This document shows, piece by piece, positions 59,680-64,000 of a stretch of DNA of 64,000 nucleotides. Under the pieces are notes generated by a model. It made no database searches. It saw only the letters and a list, made by a program, of their open reading frames with translations, and had not been told where the DNA came from. How positions within the stretch are numbered: position 1 is the first letter of the stretch; each line of letters starts with the position of its first letter. The stretch is from a virus. Location of the stretch: positions 32,001 to 96,000 of IMG/VR virus record IMGVR_UViG_3300008952_002784; one strand, 5' to 3'. The position numbers and the translations under genes are program-made.

Positions 59680-62145
59680 ATGTCAATAATTCCGCTTACA
59701 TCAGATAATTTTGAATTATTCAAATTAACTGCAAATCCTAAGCGAACATTTACTTCAGGAACAGCAGGAGCAACAGGATCTATACCTGTCTTTCCTCGTG
59801 CATCAAAGATAGAAAAAGATCCCCAGCCCTCTGATGATTTTGGAACAGGCTCTTTTGATGCATCGCAAATTGAAGAGTCTAGAAATCAAGCACTAAGCAA
59901 TTCTTTCCTAACTGGAACACAAGTTGCTGATATTAGTAAGTCTGTTGAATATTATATGGAGATGGTTAACTCCGGAACGTTCTCTCCTGTTCGCCAAAAA
60001 AAGTTAGATATTCTAAGATTTGAGCCGTCTTATAAGTTTACCAGTGACACACTGAGAAAAAATGTAGTTCAGAACATTATGTTTCCGTACTATAAGCATC
60101 GTTACCCTGATTTAGACTGGTCATATTACAATTATCACACATTGAACTTTTTCACAGCGTCAACAGTGCCAAGTGACTCTGTTCTGATATATCCTGCATC
60201 GGGAAATTCGTCGACAAATGATTACCCGTACACCCCATCAGATGGATTTACATTTGAGTTTTGGTTGAATGCAAGGTATTCTAATGATGTCTCCGGTACA
60301 TCTTATACTCCGGGTACTATATTTCACAAATCATCATCATATGCAGTTTCATTAGTTTCTGGAACGTCACGTGATAAGGACGGATTAGTTGACGGCTTTA
60401 GAATTCTTTTGCAGCTAAGCCACAGTGCAGATATTCCGCCGTCTAACATATTGACTACTGGAACGCTCAAGACGAACATTGATGGAACTTCTTTCAAGAA
60501 GGCTGATACCTACTCAGGAAGTGTATCTGGAATAGGTGATCTAATATTCTTGTCTAGTGATAATATGATACAAAAGAACAAGTGGCATCACGTAGCAGTT
60601 CGCTGGGGAGGTCCCAATATCAACAAAGGGACTGGTTCATTTGTCATAGACGGAATTGAAGATACACGTTTCATAATACAATCCTCGTCAATAATGCCAA
60701 CCACATTTTCAAGATCAGGACAAGGTGAGTCTGATTGTCTATTTGTAGGCAATTATTTTGAAGGTGTCAATAATGGTGATGATGATTGGGGTGGAAGTGT
60801 TACTGCACAATTCTTCAATGTCAATGCATCAAAGAAAGATGGCTTGGTAGACTTTTTTCACGGAAAGTCATCATTAGACTCAGCAGATTCTAGAGATCCG
60901 TCGTCTGTATTTTTTCAACACCCACTCAATGCAGAAGTTCACAATCTCAAAATATACTCAGAGCATAGAGATACAGAGCAGATATTCACTTCCAGTATGT
61001 ACGGTGATGAGTCTATAGAAGATAAGCTTCTATTTTTACTACCGCCATTTTTCGTAAAAGAGACAAATACAAGAGACGTGATGCTCACGCCATTCGAAAC
61101 AGAAGAGACAACTACAGATGATCCATTTAATGTATCATTGTCATTCGGTGTAGGCGGCCATCTCATTAATTTAGAAAACTTCTCAAGAGAGTTTGTCAGA
61201 AAGTCTTACCCAAGGCTTTATAATCTAACAGCATCAGTAGTTGAATCTTCTACTGGTGAATTCACAGCAAATCAATTTTTATACAAGACAGGATCAGCCT
61301 CAAAGAGAAATCTTACAGTACTGCCGTGTGATAATGGAAAATTTACCCCTAACTTTACGCTTTTGAAGTCTGGATCTGATCCCGACAATCCCACTTCATC
61401 TGACGAAACATCAAAATTTGTAGATGACATGGGCTTTGCGAAGTATGGTCTTATATCACTTCGCAATATGGTGTCGACATCCTCACTTCCGAGTGGGGCA
61501 CAGTCAACAGGCTCTATCGCAGATGTTTTACAGGGCGCAGGTCCAGAAGACCCAGGAGTCAGTGCAGGATCTATTCTTACAATTCTAAACAGAACACGAG
61601 ATCCCTCATCTAATGAAGTTGTATTTTTTGATGTGTCAAACATGTTTTATGGTAGAAAAATAGTTCCAGGGACATTCAAACTTTATGACTCGAGTGTAAC
61701 AGGTTCTGACGGCAAAGTCAAGATGACAATAAGAGATGACGGCAACGGTCGTCTATATCGCGCAGATAGTAGAACCACTAACGCAACGTGGAATACAATT
61801 GGAAACATCTTGTACGAAGAGGGTATTGTTGTAATAAAGACACCAAACATTCCTTTGCTTGGCATAGATGGTTATGAGGTATCATTGACAGGAGAACATA
61901 ATGTATATGTCATGGAAATGAATATTCCGTGCCCTAAGGGACTAGCCAACTCTTCGTCTAATCCAAACTGGATGCCCCTTAAGCCCACAGACTCTTCAAA
62001 TGAGTTAAGGGATCAGTTTACATACATAACCGGAATTAATCTTCACGATGAAAATCTCAATGTTATAGCTCGAGCAAACCTTTCCCAACCGGTTGTAAAA
62101 AGAGAAGACGATAGATACCTCTTTAGATTCAAGATGGATTTTTAG
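59680..62145 (+). CDS. Virion/baseplate protein with LamG domain; C-terminus paralogous to 58388
   Basis: LamG 'FTFEFWLN', 'KWHHVAVRW', 'FVIDG'; C-terminal 'NSSSNPNW...ITGINLHDENLNVIARANLSQPVVK...FRFKMDF'. Confidence 0.65.
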   Translation: MSIIPLTSDNFELFKLTANPKRTFTSGTAGATGSIPVFPRASKIEKDPQPSDDFGTGSFDASQIEESRNQALSNSFLTGTQVADISKSVEYYMEMVNSGTFSPVRQKKLDILRFEPSYKFTSDTLRKNVVQNIMFPYYKHRYPDLDWSYYNYHTLNFFTASTVPSDSVLIYPASGNSSTNDYPYTPSDGFTFEFWLNARYSNDVSGTSYTPGTIFHKSSSYAVSLVSGTSRDKDGLVDGFRILLQLSHSADIPPSNILTTGTLKTNIDGTSFKKADTYSGSVSGIGDLIFLSSDNMIQKNKWHHVAVRWGGPNINKGTGSFVIDGIEDTRFIIQSSSIMPTTFSRSGQGESDCLFVGNYFEGVNNGDDDWGGSVTAQFFNVNASKKDGLVDFFHGKSSLDSADSRDPSSVFFQHPLNAEVHNLKIYSEHRDTEQIFTSSMYGDESIEDKLLFLLPPFFVKETNTRDVMLTPFETEETTTDDPFNVSLSFGVGGHLINLENFSREFVRKSYPRLYNLTASVVESSTGEFTANQFLYKTGSASKRNLTVLPCDNGKFTPNFTLLKSGSDPDNPTSSDETSKFVDDMGFAKYGLISLRNMVSTSSLPSGAQSTGSIADVLQGAGPEDPGVSAGSILTILNRTRDPSSNEVVFFDVSNMFYGRKIVPGTFKLYDSSVTGSDGKVKMTIRDDGNGRLYRADSRTTNATWNTIGNILYEEGIVVIKTPNIPLLGIDGYEVSLTGEHNVYVMEMNIPCPKGLANSSSNPNWMPLKPTDSSNELRDQFTYITGINLHDENLNVIARANLSQPVVKREDDRYLFRFKMDF

Positions 62146-62705
62146 TGATTATTTTAGGTTTAGACATATCTACATCTAGTACTGGCTGGTGTATAATATC
62201 ACAATCAGGTGATGTTATTGAAAAAATCGAAATGGGATTTATTGATTTATCTAAAGAAAAAAGCATGTTTCGCAAAGCCAGGATTGTCAAAGATCAATTA
62301 ACACGATTGCACATCATGTATTCTGTAGATCGTGTATGCATAGAAGAAAATTTACAATCATTCCGTTCTGGGTTTTCTTCAGCTCAAACACTTTCTACAC
62401 TAGCAAGATTCAACGGAATGGTATCATATCTGTGTTATGAAGAATTCTCGTACGATCCCGAATTCATGAATGTCAATACAGCAAGAAAGAGTATAGGTAT
62501 TAAGCTTATTCGAAAGAAAGACGGCGGAAAACCAACCAAAGATCAAGTTCTAGAGTGGGTATCAGCTCTAAGTGAGCTAGAAGGTTATTCGTGGCCAACA
62601 AAGACACTCAAAAGTGGCCCTCGAAAAGGCAAGACTATACTAGATCCAAAATGCTTTGACATGGCCGACGCATATGTTATGGCGAGAGCAGCTGCAACAG
62701 CTTAA
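62145..62705 (+). CDS. RuvC-like Holliday junction resolvase
   Basis: 'IILGLDISTSSTGW', 'VCIEE', 'DMADAY' catalytic acidic residues. Confidence 0.85.
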   Translation: MIILGLDISTSSTGWCIISQSGDVIEKIEMGFIDLSKEKSMFRKARIVKDQLTRLHIMYSVDRVCIEENLQSFRSGFSSAQTLSTLARFNGMVSYLCYEEFSYDPEFMNVNTARKSIGIKLIRKKDGGKPTKDQVLEWVSALSELEGYSWPTKTLKSGPRKGKTILDPKCFDMADAYVMARAAATA

Positions 62706-62730
62706 ACAAATCAACTATTTGTGATAATAT
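62702..62730 (+). promoter_or_regulatory. Sigma70-type promoter with extended -10 upstream of primase
   Basis: TTAAAC (62702-62707), 17-nt spacer, TAATAT (62725-62730), with TG at 62722-62723; same layout as the promoter at 23103. Confidence 0.5.
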
Positions 62731-62737
62731 TATAACA

Positions 62738-63706
62738 ATGAGTAGTTATAATGATAAATTGATGCTAGTCAGACGTGCCTTTGGGGCATGCGAGCTTAGC
62801 AGAGATAAAGTAAATGTTGCTGTTCGCTGCCCAAACTGTAATGACAAAAATGACTTTAAGAAAAAACTAGTTATCAAAATCGAAGACGGAATGTTTCATT
62901 GCTGGGTTTGTGGAATTAAGGGGAGGCGAATTGACAGACTTTTTCGTAAATTCGCCATATCACACACAGACAATGCTAGAAAATTATTTAGATGCACGAG
63001 CAATTACGAAGAAAGTATTATCAAAGATGAAGAAGAAGTTAAAGTTTCGATACCTAGCGGCTTTCAATTACTTGGTCGTGTCATGAATGCTAAGGATCCT
63101 GACATTCAAGAAACAATTCGATATGTAAAATCACGAGGTCTGACCCTTAGGGATATATGGTATTATAGATTAGGAACATGCTCAGCAGGAAGATTTCGAC
63201 GTCGTGTAATCATTCCATCTTTTAGTGAAGATGGAAAATTGAATTATTATTCAGGAAGAACTATCGATGCTGACAATTCTAGAAAGTATATGAATGTCGC
63301 AGTATCAAAGAATAAGATTATCTTTAATGACATTAACATTGACTGGCAGAAAGACTTGACATTAGTTGAGGGGCCTTTTGACCTTATGAAATGTAGAATG
63401 AATTCAACATGCCTTCTAGGGTCTCAACTATCAGAATCATCAGACTTATTTCGAAAAATTATAAAGAATCAAACTTCAGTCACATTAGCTTTAGATCAAG
63501 ATGCAATTGTTAAATCTCACAATATTGCAAAATGCTTGAGTGAATTTGGAATTAGGGTTAGAATGCTGAACATACCAAGTACAAAAGATGTCGGCGATCT
63601 AGATGCTGATATTGTTTCAAAGCTATATTCTAAATCTACGTTGTGGAATAGTAATGATAGACTTCGAAGTATGATCAAATCAATGAGTACAGGCTCTTTG
63701 CTATAG
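62738..63706 (+). CDS. DNA primase (Zn ribbon + TOPRIM)
   Basis: 'CPNC...FHCWVC', 'YVKSRGL', 'RVIIP', 'LVEGPFD', 'ALDQDA', 'KDVGD'. Confidence 0.9.
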   Translation: MSSYNDKLMLVRRAFGACELSRDKVNVAVRCPNCNDKNDFKKKLVIKIEDGMFHCWVCGIKGRRIDRLFRKFAISHTDNARKLFRCTSNYEESIIKDEEEVKVSIPSGFQLLGRVMNAKDPDIQETIRYVKSRGLTLRDIWYYRLGTCSAGRFRRRVIIPSFSEDGKLNYYSGRTIDADNSRKYMNVAVSKNKIIFNDINIDWQKDLTLVEGPFDLMKCRMNSTCLLGSQLSESSDLFRKIIKNQTSVTLALDQDAIVKSHNIAKCLSEFGIRVRMLNIPSTKDVGDLDADIVSKLYSKSTLWNSNDRLRSMIKSMSTGSLL

Positions 63707-63717
63707 ACAGGAAACGA

Positions 63718-64000
63718 ATGAGTTTAAAATGTGTACATATTAGTGACATTCACTGGCGAGGATTGACTCGACATGATGAGTATGTCGAGTCATTTACAGC
63801 AATGTTTGACAATATAAAAGCTCTAAACCCAGATGTAATATTCATTGGTGGCGATATTGTTCATTCTAAGACACAAGGCATATCCCCAGAGATTATCGAC
63901 AAGCTTACCTGGTGGTTTACTATGATGGCAGATTTGTGTCCAACACACATCATTCTGGGTAATCATGATGGGCTTATATTGAATAAGAGCCGACAAGATG
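63718..64000 (+). CDS. Mre11/SbcD/T4 gp47-like metallophosphoesterase nuclease, 3'-truncated (not in the ORF track)
   Basis: Manual translation MSLKCVHISDIHWRG...IFIGGDIVH...ILGNHDG shows the DxH, GD and GNHD motifs. Confidence 0.85.
   Translation, partial: MSLKCVHISDIHWRGLTRHDEYVESFTAMFDNIKALNPDVIFIGGDIVHSKTQGISPEIIDKLTWWFTMMADLCPTHIILGNHDGLILNKSRQD

Noticed and set aside
128-61865. Many short minus-strand and alternate-frame ORFs in the track (e.g. 19206-19616, 50870-51247, 53872-54375)
   Set aside because: All overlap long + strand genes with recognisable motifs and have no motifs of their own, so they are shadow ORFs
27931-62145. Bacterial eCIS, T6SS or tailocin rather than a phage
   Set aside because: Flanked by a phage-type sigma factor, RuvC, primase and gp47-like nuclease; no Afp15-type ATPase or Tss membrane genes
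1-64000. Stop-codon reassignment, as found in some huge phages
   Set aside because: Coding density is nearly complete under code 11; TAG and TGA end genes at natural C-termini (both paralogues 58388 and 59680 end DF-TAG; ATGA overlaps are common)

Overview
64 kb fragment of a very large (jumbo/huge-type) myophage genome. All credible genes are on the + strand, tightly packed and often translationally coupled (ATGA/TAATG overlaps), AT-rich, standard genetic code. Three blocks: (1) 1-26.5 kb, a glycan biosynthesis cluster with ~13 known or putative glycosyltransferases, GDP- and dTDP-sugar enzymes (gmd, rmlA/B/D-like, RfbH/E1), an aminotransferase, a formyltransferase, methyltransferases, a methyltransferase-sulfotransferase fusion, a radical SAM enzyme and a StrG-like dioxygenase, plus a solo Cas4-like nuclease; (2) 26.7-62.1 kb, a phage sigma factor followed by a baseplate/tail-fibre module (gp5/gpV-like spike, gp25, gp6, gp7-like, LamG proteins, an S74-chaperone fibre, very large Ser/Thr-rich proteins); (3) 62.1-64 kb, RuvC-like resolvase, primase and a partial Mre11/gp47-like nuclease. 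The most interesting signal is that a subset of virion proteins is strongly enriched in the tripeptide [S/T]-G-S (about 57 copies in ~5,000 aa by manual count), while equally Ser/Thr-rich neighbours almost lack it (1 in ~4,300 aa). This suggests a phage-encoded, sequon-directed virion glycosylation system. TTAA also looks depleted, with a CTAG/TCTAGA excess. All calls come from motif recognition by eye; no database searches were run and all counts are manual.
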